Under the pieces are notes generated by a model. That model did not search any database and had not been told where the DNA came from. It saw only the letters and a program-made list of their open reading frames with translations. Below, piece after piece: positions 1-11,466 of a stretch of DNA of 64,000 nucleotides. Made by a program: the position numbers and the translations under genes. Position 1 is the first letter of the stretch; each line of letters opens with the position of its first letter. The DNA is taken from NCBI GenBank assembly GCA_977862235.1, contig OZ374562.1, positions 1,054,001 to 1,118,000 of the forward strand. The letters are read 5' to 3'. The stretch comes from Dudresnaya verticillata. Its lineage: Eukaryota.

Positions 1-107
1 CCCTTTCCATTCAATGACCCAGACACGCAGAGCCGGTCTTAAAACTAACGAGGCGATCGACCGCCTCCAACTAGGGTGCCCCTACAGCACTTGCTTCTAT
101 GGCATAA

Positions 108-2004
108 CTACTGGGCGGCCTCGCCCCCAGGACCCAAGCCGGGAAAATCGGGCACAGAGACCGCACCCCTAGACATCTCAGGCACATAGACCTCGACCGC
201 AGTCGCGGTTGTAGCTGGTGGCAGAGGAGCACTCACAGCGGGAAGAGGGGTGCCGAGCACCCGTACGCCACTGCGGCACCAGCAGTGGGGCCAGCAGGGC
301 GGTAAGGGCCCATCGACGGGCCCCCCATTAGCCGGAGTACCGCTTGCTGCGGCAAGACGCCTGCAGCTACGGGCAGCGCAACTGTACCCTCTGGGATCCT
401 CGGTAAACCAGTTGACCGGCACCTTGCCAAGGGGCAACCGGGCCAGAGGACCCCGGGGGGTACAATGGCATAGGCTGCATCGACGGGTACCCCATCGGAG
501 TAGGCTGATACTCCTCCCGCAGCCTCCTGCGGGCTGGTGCATGAGAAATGCGCTGAACTTCCCTGCGGAGCCTGTGTACCTCGCGGGCAAAGCCGTCTCG
601 CTCGTCGCGGTATCGAACCGCGACCGCGTTGGATGCATTAAAGTACTCCTGCAGTGCCACTGCGCTCAATTCCAGGGCCTGTAGGAGCGTGCGTGTCGAC
701 ACGCCTTTCCCGACGCGCACCAAGGAGGCCTCTCTGCGCACGGTCGGATCGGTCCAGACATCCGCACTTACCGCCTCGTTCAGTGGCTCGACCGCAGACG
801 GGGGTGGAACATAAGGCACTGCCGGCGACCAAGATGGGGTCGGCAGGGGGTGATACAACTCTACGGCAGCAGCCGGGGGAGCTCGGGCCTGCGACGGCCC
901 CGCGGCGCCCGATCCCACAACTGCAGCAGAAGCGGCAGGCGCACGACATGCTGACACTCTCGGTGGTGACCGGATGTAAGATTCGGTCTCCGCCGCCATG
1001 ACGGCTGCTGAGGACCCGGGGTTAGCCCCCATACCACGACGGGGGCGATCGGCGCACTCAGCTCGGGCCATGTCGGCTATGGAGGAAAACTCGGAGCGCT
1101 CGCTCCCGTCGATCACGCACACCCCGGTTGCTCGGGATCTTGTAGGGGCACCTCTTTCCGGCATGAAGCGACATATAAACGCGTCGACGCGTGAGGCAAA
1201 GTGATGCCTCCGCGTGTGCTTCTCAGTTGCGGCTGCAACACGGCGGGACAGCCGAGCAGCTCACCGGAACCAAAGGACGTGCCATCCGCAGAAGTACGTA
1301 GCAAGTCTGGGAAATAGGGCCTCTCGCTAGAGCTCTATAGCGCTAGACCAGCGGATCTCGAGGAAATTGAGCAGGCGGTCGTCGAAGACCCAGCCTATTG
1401 CCTTGGCGAGCAGCTCAGTGCAGTAGCGGTGGCCTACCTCGAAGGCGTACACTCATCTGAGCGTCTAGCCAGAAGCTCACGAACAGCAGCTACGCGACCA
1501 GTCGTCACATACTGAAAGTACCGGTTGACGTTCATCCACGGAACAGTGAGCGCTTGCGTGGGAAGCAAACCCCGTGCGAGACGGGCCAGTTGGCTGGAAG
1601 ATCCGAGCCGCCACAGCAGGACGAGGGGCGACAGCGGGCGCCCCACTCGGATCCTTCACCTTCTTTCCCTGAGACGCTGCGAGAGCCACCGCATCTGACC
1701 AGACGTCAGCGGCGGGTGTTGGGGTGGGATCGGAATCGACTCCTTCTGACGCCACCTGGCCTAGCCCCTACCGCTCCAGCAGCAGGAGCCCGCGCAGGAG
1801 CGCGCCCGGTATAGCCTAGCGCGCCCGTCGATGGGGGAACTTCCTTCGACGCCACCGTCGAAGACCGCTCCCCCGCCCCGCCGGTGCCTCTGGCACCAGT
1901 TCAGCGGGCACCCCCACCGCGACGGACTCAGTCGCCGTAGTGGGGTGGATGACCGGTGCCTCCTTGGTGGGGTCACCGCTTGCAATAGGCTTGCGCAAGT
2001 CCAT
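108..2004 (-). pseudogene. Frameshifted antisense accessory ORF of element F, homologous to the antisense ORF of element D
   Basis: ATG at 2004 (MDLRKPIASG). Joined frames give LTVPWMNVNRYFQ...YAFEVGHRYCTELLAKAIGWVFDDRLLNFLEIRWSS...YFPDL, then a coiled-coil-like stretch (REVHRLRREVQR) and a Y/P/G-rich tail, matching 40843-42762. Confidence 0.7.
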
Positions 2005-2321
2005 CGCCGCAACGACGTTGGCAATGGGGCAGGAAGGAGGAGGCTGAGAGCGTCGTAGCTTGGAGTGTGCAGCGCTTGTTGACAAGAAGCAGCACGCGGG
2101 GGTGGTTTTGGTGAGCGATGACCAGACGCCCCCGTCTGAGCCGCAGATGCGGCTCCCCAAATAGGCCCGACCTGGCTCCACGCGGGCCCCCAAACAGGCA
2201 TCGACGCCCGTCCCTGGCAGAGGCCCCGGAAACCCCGCTGGTCGATTAGCAGCGCCGTCTTGGCCACCTCTGAGCGTGCGCAGTAACGGTCGCAACCGAG
2301 GCGTTCGCGCGAGGGGGGTTT

Positions 2322-3038
2322 TGTGGCATAGCCGTAGGACCAGGTGTGCCACGCCCGCAGCTGTAAGACCAGCTGCGCCACATGTGCACCACTGTGCGCA
2401 CGCTGTGAACCGGTGGCGCCGAAGCCCCGCTGAACTGCAAGGAATTGCGCTGTGACGCCCGCGCGTACGCGTGTACGTGTGTGACACTGACACTCCTGTG
2501 TAACTTGTACGTATATTATTGCGTGACAGTGTAGTCCAAATTAGGTGGCGGTCGCCCCGGGCAGCTGTTACCTGTACGTATCGAAACGTGTCGGGGCACG
2601 CTGGCGGACCTCCCGCATTGGTGCCGCCGCGTACTGTAGCTAGTCTATTTAATGTGAGTCGACAAACATGGCTAAGTAAACACAACAAGAAACCGGCCTA
2701 CGCTGGTGCTTGACCCTTGTTATTTGTGTTTCTTCCCCAGTCTTTCGGCCTACGGCTTTTCAATTTCCCTTAACCCTCTCGGCCCCCCTTTCCTACAGTC
2801 GACAGTCGACTTCGTGCCGCCCCACAACGGGGACGCTGGGATCAGGCCGCTGCCGCCCGCATACGGTCCGCCCCGTGCGCGCTTAGGCCTCGACGCCGTA
2901 GATCCGTGACCGTTGACGGCACGCGCGGCCGACACCACTGCTCTATTAGCCAAGATACCACCACCCGTAAACGGGTCTGGGTGAGACCACGAGACCAGCC
3001 AGCATAGATGTCCAGTTCGACCTGACCTCTATACCACA
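2322..3038 (+). repeat. 3' LTR of element F (717 bp)
   Basis: Terminal inverted repeat TGTGGCATAG/CTATACCACA, directly after the PPT. Confidence 0.85.
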
Positions 3039-4320
3039 GGTTTGTCACATGTACGTATAATTAAACCTATAGATTCATACGATAATTGTTTAGCAGTTCA
3101 TTAGAATTCTTATCTTCTGAAACCTTTGGTGCAGCTGCTGCAAAAATAGACACTCGCTGGTTAGAGTCCACTTTTGTAGTATCTCCAAAAAAACCACAGA
3201 GTGCGGCGCGCAAACGAGACCCCAAGAGGATCAGAAGGACCGAGTGGATTTCGTGTAGGACTGGTCGAACGTAGAACGGACCTGCGCGCCGGTAGCGACC
3301 GTGGTAGAGCGGGAGCGCGCAGACGAAGCCGTGTCCAAGACGCTGGATGAGAGAAGTAGAATTGCCAAGTTGGGGGTGCGGTTCCTAAATTTACTCCCAA
3401 GTTCTCGCGGGGCGGCTTCGTACCTATTCTGGCCGAGCCATAGTGTGTGGCCGTCTAAGTAGACCCAAAATCAGCCAGACACAGACCCAGTAAAAATAAC
3501 ATAGAAATACTACAAATACTCCGTTACCGTTGGTGCGCTGCATGGCACTACAGCAATGCACAACGGCGCACAACAATTCGCACAACGCCGATACGGATAA
3601 ACGTTGACATCTCCGACAGCAATGTAGGTCACACTACACACGCTTACCATCGTTACCATCGCCGAATCTCACTATACCACAAAATGGCAGAGCTCTGCTT
3701 CAAAACGGTTCTCTAAGTTTATAAAACCTTCAGACTCTCGTTTTACAGTAGAAAGCACCGCTTTAAAATTCTGGAAGGTATCACTTAGGGACGGTTATTG
3801 GGTCTTCTTTATGGAGTGCCTTTGCTATTTTAAGGGCTCCATCAATCGAAGAAATCGCATCATCAGGTACTTTCCTGACGAGGTCTTCGGCTATTCCATG
3901 CAACTGTGATTGCATATTTATTCCTTTTAGATCAGGAGGAATGTTTTATTCGCTTGCCGTAACGTGTCATGGAAAGACTTACATAAACGGACTGCGTCCA
4001 CATATGTTTCCTGAGACCCACGATCATCGGTCCAAGGGGCTTCTGTTATGGTTTGTGGGTCCAAGAAAAGCAAGGACGTGACAGCAGGTCTTCTGGGCCC
4101 ATCACTTAGAAAATGAACTTCAAATGTCTGTTGGAGGCCAGGGCAAGGGTGGACAGTTAGTGGTGGCCGCTTGCCGGCAGGCTGGATCGGGTGCTATCTT
4201 GATGGTGGCAGATGTCGCCTGTCAAGAAGTACTAATGTCGGCAGGTCAATTCTCGTGTGTCAGTGCAAGTGCAGACGAGGAGAGTAATCACTTCTCTTGT
4301 GTCACTGCAGTTTTAGGCAT
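3039..4320 (-). pseudogene. Degraded retrotransposon gag-like ORF (probably Copia-type), split by solo LTR H and cut by element F
   Basis: Manual minus-strand translation: APWTDDRGSQETYVDAVRL, IPPDLKGINMQSQLHGIAEDL, NFKAVLSTVKRESEGFINLENRFEAEL, then after the LTR KVDSNQRVSIFAAAAP...YESIGLIIRTCD. Stops and frameshifts present. Family assignment is from recall, not a search. Confidence 0.5.
3175..3681 (-). repeat. Solo LTR family H (507 bp), no matching TSD
   Basis: Ends TGTAGTAT...ATACCACA. Carries the shared U5 box (GTGGTAGAGCGG on + at ~3301). Interrupts the gag-like frame. Confidence 0.65.
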
Positions 4321-5360
4321 GGAGAGTATTCTGTCGTGTTTTAGTTTGTGCTCTGTAGACAGTAAGGATGTGCAAAGGAATAAAAATAGAGGGAAGAGGT
4401 GCCACAGACGTAAAGACGTATCTGTACTTTGAAAAGGAACCGGGTCCGCGCGTGTCTACCGCGAGAAATCAACTAAGGAGACAAGAACTCTTTACCGGTA
4501 CTTAACACGTCCGTGAATCACTAGATGTAGACGTTATTGAAGAACTTGAGGTTTCTTGCTCTTCTGGAGAGATTTGTACTAGGGGATGGCTGTATATACT
4601 GGCTTCAGATAGCTAAAGGTCTTTTGCCCAGTACAACTTTCAAGTTCAGTCCTTGGAGTTGAATTGAGTGAGAGCGAACTCTGTTTACACAAAGTTCATT
4701 GTACGCAATTATCGAAAGTGCTCATCGATCCTCTCATCGATTCCTTTTATCGGCTTATTAATCGATTCACTATTAACCTGCATTCAGTTAACAATCGCAT
4801 TGTTTGAGCACCACAAGTTAAACAAGTTCTGTCAACTAGAATATATGCTCTGAAGAAAATCTTGCCAATTAGAGTTACATTTGTTACTGTCATTTACAAC
4901 AAGATGCCAAGAATATTACATAGTAGAGGCATACCGATTGAGAAATATAAAGTATGGGGCATCATGAGTGTTGATGGTGGCGTAGAAAGTGTAGGTTGAG
5001 CCAAATCTACTAACGTATAGTTATGGATTCTTTTTTTCTCGTAGAAAGGCTAGCTTGGGTTTTGTCTAGCACACATAATGTAAAAATGGAATGGGTATGG
5101 TAGCAATTTGACAGTGGTAGAAGTAACAGTCAACACTATCTGGTAGAACAAAGCTTAGGAGAACAGTTGAGCGAATTGCATCTAGGTAGAGCTGTATCTT
5201 CTTGAACTATCAAACTAGCAAGGAAGTGCTTCTTCTCATACTAATTCTAAAGGGGTTATCAATTTTCTGTGTTTACAAGTAGCATTGACACGGTCTTCGT
5301 GTGTTGCTAGACAACGCACAGAAATAGATACAGATGCAAATGATGTCGATACGAATAAAA

Positions 5361-5400
5361 CTATAGAACGATTGTAACCTCTATAGAACAATTGTAACCT
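5361..5400. repeat. 20-bp tandem duplication
   Basis: CTATAGAACGATTGTAACCT followed by CTATAGAACAATTGTAACCT. Confidence 0.9.
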
Positions 5401-5801
5401 GCGTTGAACTTAGGTTAGCTGTCGATATAAATTGTGAACAATGTTGCAATACAACTGTATTAGTTGTTTGACACACAGGATATATGTTGTATACATTTGC
5501 TTCCTTGCTGAAGCATCCAAGTGGAAATTGACAGAAGCAGTTATTGTATCATTGTCATGTAAGAAATCACTTGAATATCGTGTGTGCTTAGCTGTTAAGG
5601 AAAAGGTAAGTGTAATAGACTATCCCCAGTATTAGCTAGCTGGGTATAAATAGAGGCATAGAGTAGAGCCTCTGATAAACTAGGTACCTGATCACGGACA
5701 TAGTGAAGAGATCTACCATTTGACCAAAATCTACGAGCGAGTGTCCTATAACTTCTCTGAAGTAATTACTTTGTTGCAACAGTAGTAATCAGTTCTGCTC
5801 A

Positions 5802-8073
5802 TTGTTTCGAAGTTTTGGGTTTATGGTAAGAACCCGGCAAACCAACTACGACGTTGATCCGGAAAAGTATCACGCTGACATGGTGGAGGATAATAATGCA
5901 ACTTCCGTTGAAAGGAAGTGTACGGTCTTTGAGACACTAGCTCATCCTGTATTGAGAAGTGTAGACCCAAAGAAGAGAACCGTATTTTTACGAGAAAGAG
6001 CAAGATATGAATTAGAAGTCGCTGAACGGAGAAAAGAAGTGCCTACTATGACAGTTGCCTCTTATGCTGTCTCGGTGGATCGTATTTTCCTTGAGAATAT
6101 GATAACAGTGGGTGCATTAGATATTATCGCCCCTGGTATGTCTATTGAGCAAATTACAGATGCTCAGATAGAAGCATCTGTAAAGCGTATAGTGACAAGA
6201 CGCGAAGGGGAAGAAGTTGACCCTGCTGTTATTGAAAAGGCCGTCGAGAACGTCCGAAGTCAGATGGACATAGAAGATCCCTCCGCTCGCATATTGGAAT
6301 TTGCTAACACGTTCTTAAAGACATCAGAAGGTGTTGGATACGCTACGTTCAAGACTGAAAATCCGAAGAAAACTATTGCCCTCATGCAAGAGCTCCTTTA
6401 TCCCAAGCTGCTGAAATATGCGATGGCCTCTCACCTCGAATATCAGGAGGGATTAAAGAAAGAATTTAAAGGCTTATGTGAAGCTGCTCTGTAAAGAAGC
6501 TAAGATATGTGATCGGAAAAATGGAGGAAAATCTAAGAAGTCAAAAGGAGCAAATGCAAGTGGGGCCGCGGTTAACAACCCGGATAAAAAGAAAAATGGT
6601 TCACATAAAAGTGACAAGGAAAGTAAGGCAGAAATCGAAAAACAAACCAAGCCGTGTAAAATTCCGTTATGCCTCCATCCTGAACATAATAGGAAAGGAA
6701 TTCTATATTACCTAAGGGACTGCGACCTTACATCTAAAGATGAAGCGGTCCAATTGTTAAAAGCTGCTAGAGAGAAGAAGACGTCACGAATATCCGAAAG
6801 AGATTTAGAGACAGACAAAGGATTGGAACCAAGCACTAAAATCGAGGCTATTTTCGCTTCTAAGGTTCAGCGTGTGCTCTGTGCAGATGGTGGATCTGGT
6901 ATAAATTTAATGCCGGAAGAGCTTCTTGCGTCATTGCTGTCACACGGAGCTAAGGTGACAGTTAACAATTTTCAGCCCCTAAGGAAGGTTGGATTAGGAA
7001 CAAAAACGTCAGTGGAGAAGACTACCATATCAGTCGCTTGTAAGAAGATGGCTGTAATGGATGTCGAACTAAAGATCGGGCATGGCAAAACTTGAATGTT
7101 GCGTAACTTATCTTGGTATATCATTACTCAGGAAATGAGTGAGCCATTACTAGGGCGTCCAGTATTGGAAGAACTTGGCTTAGATACTAAGAAGCTACTC
7201 GCTGCAGCCTGTGATAGACAGAATCGAAATTTCGATCAAAATGACGAAACATCGGTCCACCCGAAGAATACAAAAATAGCTCGCCTACTGTCGGAGGGTG
7301 TATTTCATTCCGACAAAGGTATTAATCGGACAGCGGAAACAGTCGGAGACCATGATTTTCTTAATAAAGGGAAGGACACAGAGGTAACAATTAAGGGTGC
7401 GCTACAATTATTAGTGCATAACAAGTCGCACCGCCTTCGGCGGGGGAGGCGCTGCGTGCCGCTACTCGCTCCGCCTCCGGCGGGGGCGGCGCTGCGCGGC
7501 GCTAGACCTCGCGCCTTCGGCGCGGGACGGCAATGAGTGATGGTATGATAAGCCCCGCGCCTTCGGTGCGGGTTGCAACAGCGGTAGCGCGCGCACAAAA
7601 GTAAAGGACCAAATTAAGAAATCAGGCGCACAGCAAAGGTTTCGGCTGTAAGGAGCACCATCCCGCCAATCAATGGTGAGCTTTGCTGGTGCTGGTGCTG
7701 GTGCTGGTGCTGATTTTTCATTGGCGCTGCCGCCGTGTATTTTAGATATAATTTGGGATGCGTAGAAACTACTGTGGCGCCAAGTGGATTTGCTGGCGCA
7801 TCGATATAGAATTTTGTTTATTTTTCGAGACCTAGCCTGGCTAATACTACCCTTCACGCGGTCATACCCATATAAATTCTCACTATAAGGTTAATGCAGT
7901 CAAAAATGGTCTACCGGAACAGAATATCGACCGTCTAAAGACTATGGTTGATAAATACTGGAATGTTTTCCGGTTAAGACTAGGTCCTGATCCTCCTGCA
8001 AAAGTGGTGCCCATGAAGAGACAGGTCAAGGAAAATTCTGGGCCAGTGATAGCAAAAGCTAGAAGATGCACTA
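5802..8073 (+). pseudogene. gag: Element A gag and protease region (frameshift ~6490, stop 7095, insert at 7411-7885)
   Basis: ORFs 5802-6494 and 6478-7095 with a degenerate zinc knuckle (CLHPEH...YYLRDC) and protease-like LCADGGSGINLMP...PLLGRPVLEELG. Pre-RT segment VFRLRLGPDPPAKVVPM. Confidence 0.8.
7411..7885. mobile_element. Small non-autonomous insertion (~475 bp) rich in GC mini-hairpins; superfamily unresolved
   Basis: Interrupts element A between GALQL and KVNAVKNGLPEQ. Ends TAGTG...CACTA, TA on both flanks, internal (GCTGGT)n run at ~7685-7710. Confidence 0.7.
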
Positions 8074-11000
8074 CACCGTTAACAATATTTAGTCTAGGTG
8101 TTTTATTGGTGTCACCCGAGAATTACTGTAGGCTAGAGTAATATATGTTCGACGTTTCTGGCTCGCGGATAAATTAATATGGGCTATACTATTTCTGAAC
8201 TCACAGGAATTGGTGTAGCTTTACTTCTTTTATTACTTTTGGCCAATCTACGGCGCATCATCCTCAACCTGGGAATCTGTCTCAGTCTCCACATCCGCAG
8301 CTTCACTTTCAAACGGGCTTTTCCCATCAAAGTATTCCTGGTGCATCTGGGTAATGTTCTGAAAATGAGGGAAGAGCTGGCCAGTGGGCCATTCCCCGTT
8401 CAAATCTGTTGCAAGGCCGCAGCGAATCATGGCCTTGTGCGCAGAACGAAGTCCATTTTTGTCCCGCATACCATTCACATCTCGCACCACACGCACAGCG
8501 AGCTGCAAAAAGAATTTTTTCCCAGGGTTGGGAAGCTTCCCAAACTCCAAGAGTCCCTCCTTCCATTCCCGCGAATAGAGCAGACGAACTTTCTCTTCAT
8601 CCCAGAGAGTCCTCCAGCGCTGCTTGATCTTCTGGATAACAAAGCTATCTGCAGATTGGCTCAAATGCGTTGCATTTTTCGGCAATTATCTAACTTCAGC
8701 ATTGATGCGATTCAGCTCCTCAAGCTGAGCAGGATTTTGGAGGTGACCCGAGCAATTGTCCAGATAAATAATCCTCTTTCGTCCCAAGTGGTCCCTCGAT
8801 ATCGCCCGAGGTTCCGAGAGCCACTGCAAAAAGACAGCCTGTTCCATCCACCATTTAGGTCCAGTCCTATAGCAGACTCCAGGGACGTCATCGGGAACGC
8901 CCCTGATAGGGTAACTTCTGGATTTGTTCTGGAAGACAATAAACGGCGTTTCGATGTTGCCATTTTCCCTCCCGTGATGCGAACCATCATCGTCATGCCT
9001 TGACCTCCCGAAGATACATCAGCGTATTTAACATATTCGCATCCAACAAATTCTAAAGTACGGCCGTTGTCCATGTTCACCACAAAATGGGTTTCATCAA
9101 CGTTCTCTACCATGTCCTCATCCAGCTTACCTTCCTTAAATCCACTTGACAATACTGCAAGGTGATGAGCAACCTCACGTTCCATCGCCTCCTCCTTGAC
9201 CTTACTTATCATAAGTTTTCCGCATTGCTTCCTAGCAGCAATCTTATGGCGCTCCATAAAAGTCTGCACCCACCTATTTGTTACTAATGCCGGGAGTTGT
9301 TCCCGGTTTTCAGCACCGAGATCGAGTTCCACATCCGGATCGTCAAGCAGACGGAGCGCGAGCAGTCGTAGGATGTTTGCATTGAACTTCAGCCCTGCCT
9401 TGGATAGCCTTTCAAATTCAGACAACAGCTCTCTATGAACGACGGATGTCCAGACTGCAATTTTCCTTCCTCTCTGACTAATAGACATTACCGAATCCTT
9501 TGGTTGACATAAAATGCTTTGGCGTTGCTTGTACCAACGGGATGATTTGGCCAAGTTCGCCTCTTCCACCCCCCAAAGTGCTGCGGAAATCCACGAACAG
9601 GCTTAGAAGCAATTAATTTGTCTGTTCCACACCTTTCAACTTCCTTTAACATCTATTTTACAGCTCGCACGGGAACGTGAAGGGTAGAGACTTGTTGAAC
9701 GCGGCGTTTTCGCGTAGCATTTTCTTGTTTATTGAAGAGTTGTCCAGATGCTGACGAGCCTCTTTGTTGCCCTGCAGGGATGCTACGTTGCACATTTTGG
9801 CGATCCGGAACTCCGGTAGTAACGACACTTGCTTGGGCGGTAGTTGAGGACTGTTCTATAGGTGTTGGGTTGTGTGGCGACAGCTTTCCTCCGAGAGGCC
9901 CTTCGAGCAGAGGCGATACTTTAGAATGTTTAGGGACAGCATCCGATGATCCTGATGATGATGACGACAGATAGTCGATGCCATTTAAACCGCTGCCAGA
10001 TGACCTGGTAACTTGGAGAGCATTGTGCCAAGTAGAAGTGGACGGGTGTGACGGGGAGACTGTGCAACGAGTAGATGTTGCACGATGAAGGGCGTTCAGG
10101 ATTGGTGAACCTGAAGAGATTTGCATGTTGGTTGGTTTGGGAGGTTATTGTTGGCTGGTGCTGTGTGTACGCAGTCTTAATAGATGTCTGAGTATATTTA
10201 TACTGCGTTGCTCAACGTCGGTCACCTACTCAACTCTGCGATGCCAACGGATTAGTACATATTGTGATCCATAAATCATTATACCACAATCACAGCGTTT
10301 AGAATGTTTACTAAAGCGGTCGTGCTTATAAGCAGTGATATATCACTCCGTACTGTTTCCAACTTTCCATCGATGCCCAGAGCATTCTGTTGTTATTGCG
10401 GTACAATTAACGGCCTGTTAATACAATTTACAACACACCTGGGTGATACATTCTAGAATGGAAAGGCCCTGATATCTATTGATTTCTGAAGATTAGGTTT
10501 CGCCTCAGAGAATTTAACGTAAAGAAATCTCGAGCTTTCAAACAAGATCTTGCTCGGGACTTCATCTTTCACAAAACTTCATTTTATCAACGTCGTTTCG
10601 TTGCTGATATAAAGAATATGAACGACCACATATCAATATTTAGCTCCAAGCCTCCTGGATGAATCCGGTTTACAAACGACAGAACAACATTGCTTTGTGT
10701 ACAGTGCTTGTCTGTAATATTGATTAGTGCTTTGGTGAGTGGCCGTGCAACCACGGCAGAGGGATGTTGGAAGAGAACGACAGTCTTACTAATGAAACCA
10801 TTGGTTTTTTACTCTGTTAGATCTACTCGTTTTCTTCTGGATTGGACGCCTTAGTCTATCAAATCTACCTGGGCCCCTGAGGGAGCCGCCACTACGTTGT
10901 ACCCTTAAATTATAGTGATGCAGAAAGAACTGTACGGAGTATTCGCATTAGCTCCTACAGTTGCAGAAAGGATGTTTTTATCAAGATCTTGGCTGCGAAA

Positions 11001-11464
11001 ACAGCTGTAGGACACGGCAGCACGCGGTGATACCCTGTTGGGATGGACGGTTGCCCATGTATGCAGAGAATGTTGAACAGAATAGTCTCGATTTGAGCGA
11101 GCCGAATGCTTCAAATGGGTTTGTCTTACAAGAGCAAGCCGTTTGTGCAGAAAGAGTCCTACTCGCATGTAAAAAGACGTTACGGCATGTGAAATGTCTG
11201 CGCTTCGGCAATTGCGGGCCGTTGCTCCGCGGAGGGAACAGCGCTTCCAAGATACCCAGTACAGAATATGGAAAAGGCCATACTAAATTTGTCATTACAT
11301 GCACTAATTGCTCCACTTATCGCGTAGTGGGGGCCTCACTATCTGTAAACTACCCCTGTACAGTATGGAACGGGAATAGTATAGCCTGCACTATATTGTG
11401 TGGAGGGCCCTTTTTCGAGCCCTTCATAAATAGTGTAGCCACCACTAAATAATGTTGACGTGTG
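8074..11464 (-). mobile_element. pogo/Tc1-mariner-superfamily DNA transposon (3.4 kb)
   Basis: TA TSD at 8072-8073 and 11465-11466. ~21-bp imperfect TIR: CACCGTTAACAATATTTAGT vs reverse complement CACACGTCAACATTATTTAGT. Excision restores host frame ARRCTTDQRVF. Confidence 0.9.
8248..10126 (-). pseudogene. pogo-type DDE transposase (CENP-B-like HTH + DDE_1), disrupted
   Basis: WVQTFMERHKI (HTH end), ENVDETHF (first catalytic D), PKNATHLSQSADSF (PxNxTxxxQPxD-like motif). Split over ORFs 9653-10126, 8712-9569 and 8248-8685. Confidence 0.85.
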
Positions 11465-11466
11465 TA

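Larger units (their letters stand above)
1..3038 (+). mobile_element. 3' part of LTR retrotransposon family F (antisense ORF, PPT, 3' LTR); 5' part lies outside the window
   Basis: PPT GAGGGGGG at 2311-2318, then an LTR starting TGTGGCATAG (2322) and ending CTATACCACA (3038). Its U5 half is homologous to the solo LTR at 16326-17099. Confidence 0.85.

Noticed and set aside
7411..7885. CACTA-superfamily assignment
   Set aside because: The ends are TAGTG...CACTA, the reverse of CACTA...TAGTG, and no clean 3-bp TSD is present.
8179..9003. 274-aa + strand ORF
   Set aside because: Antisense shadow of the transposase.
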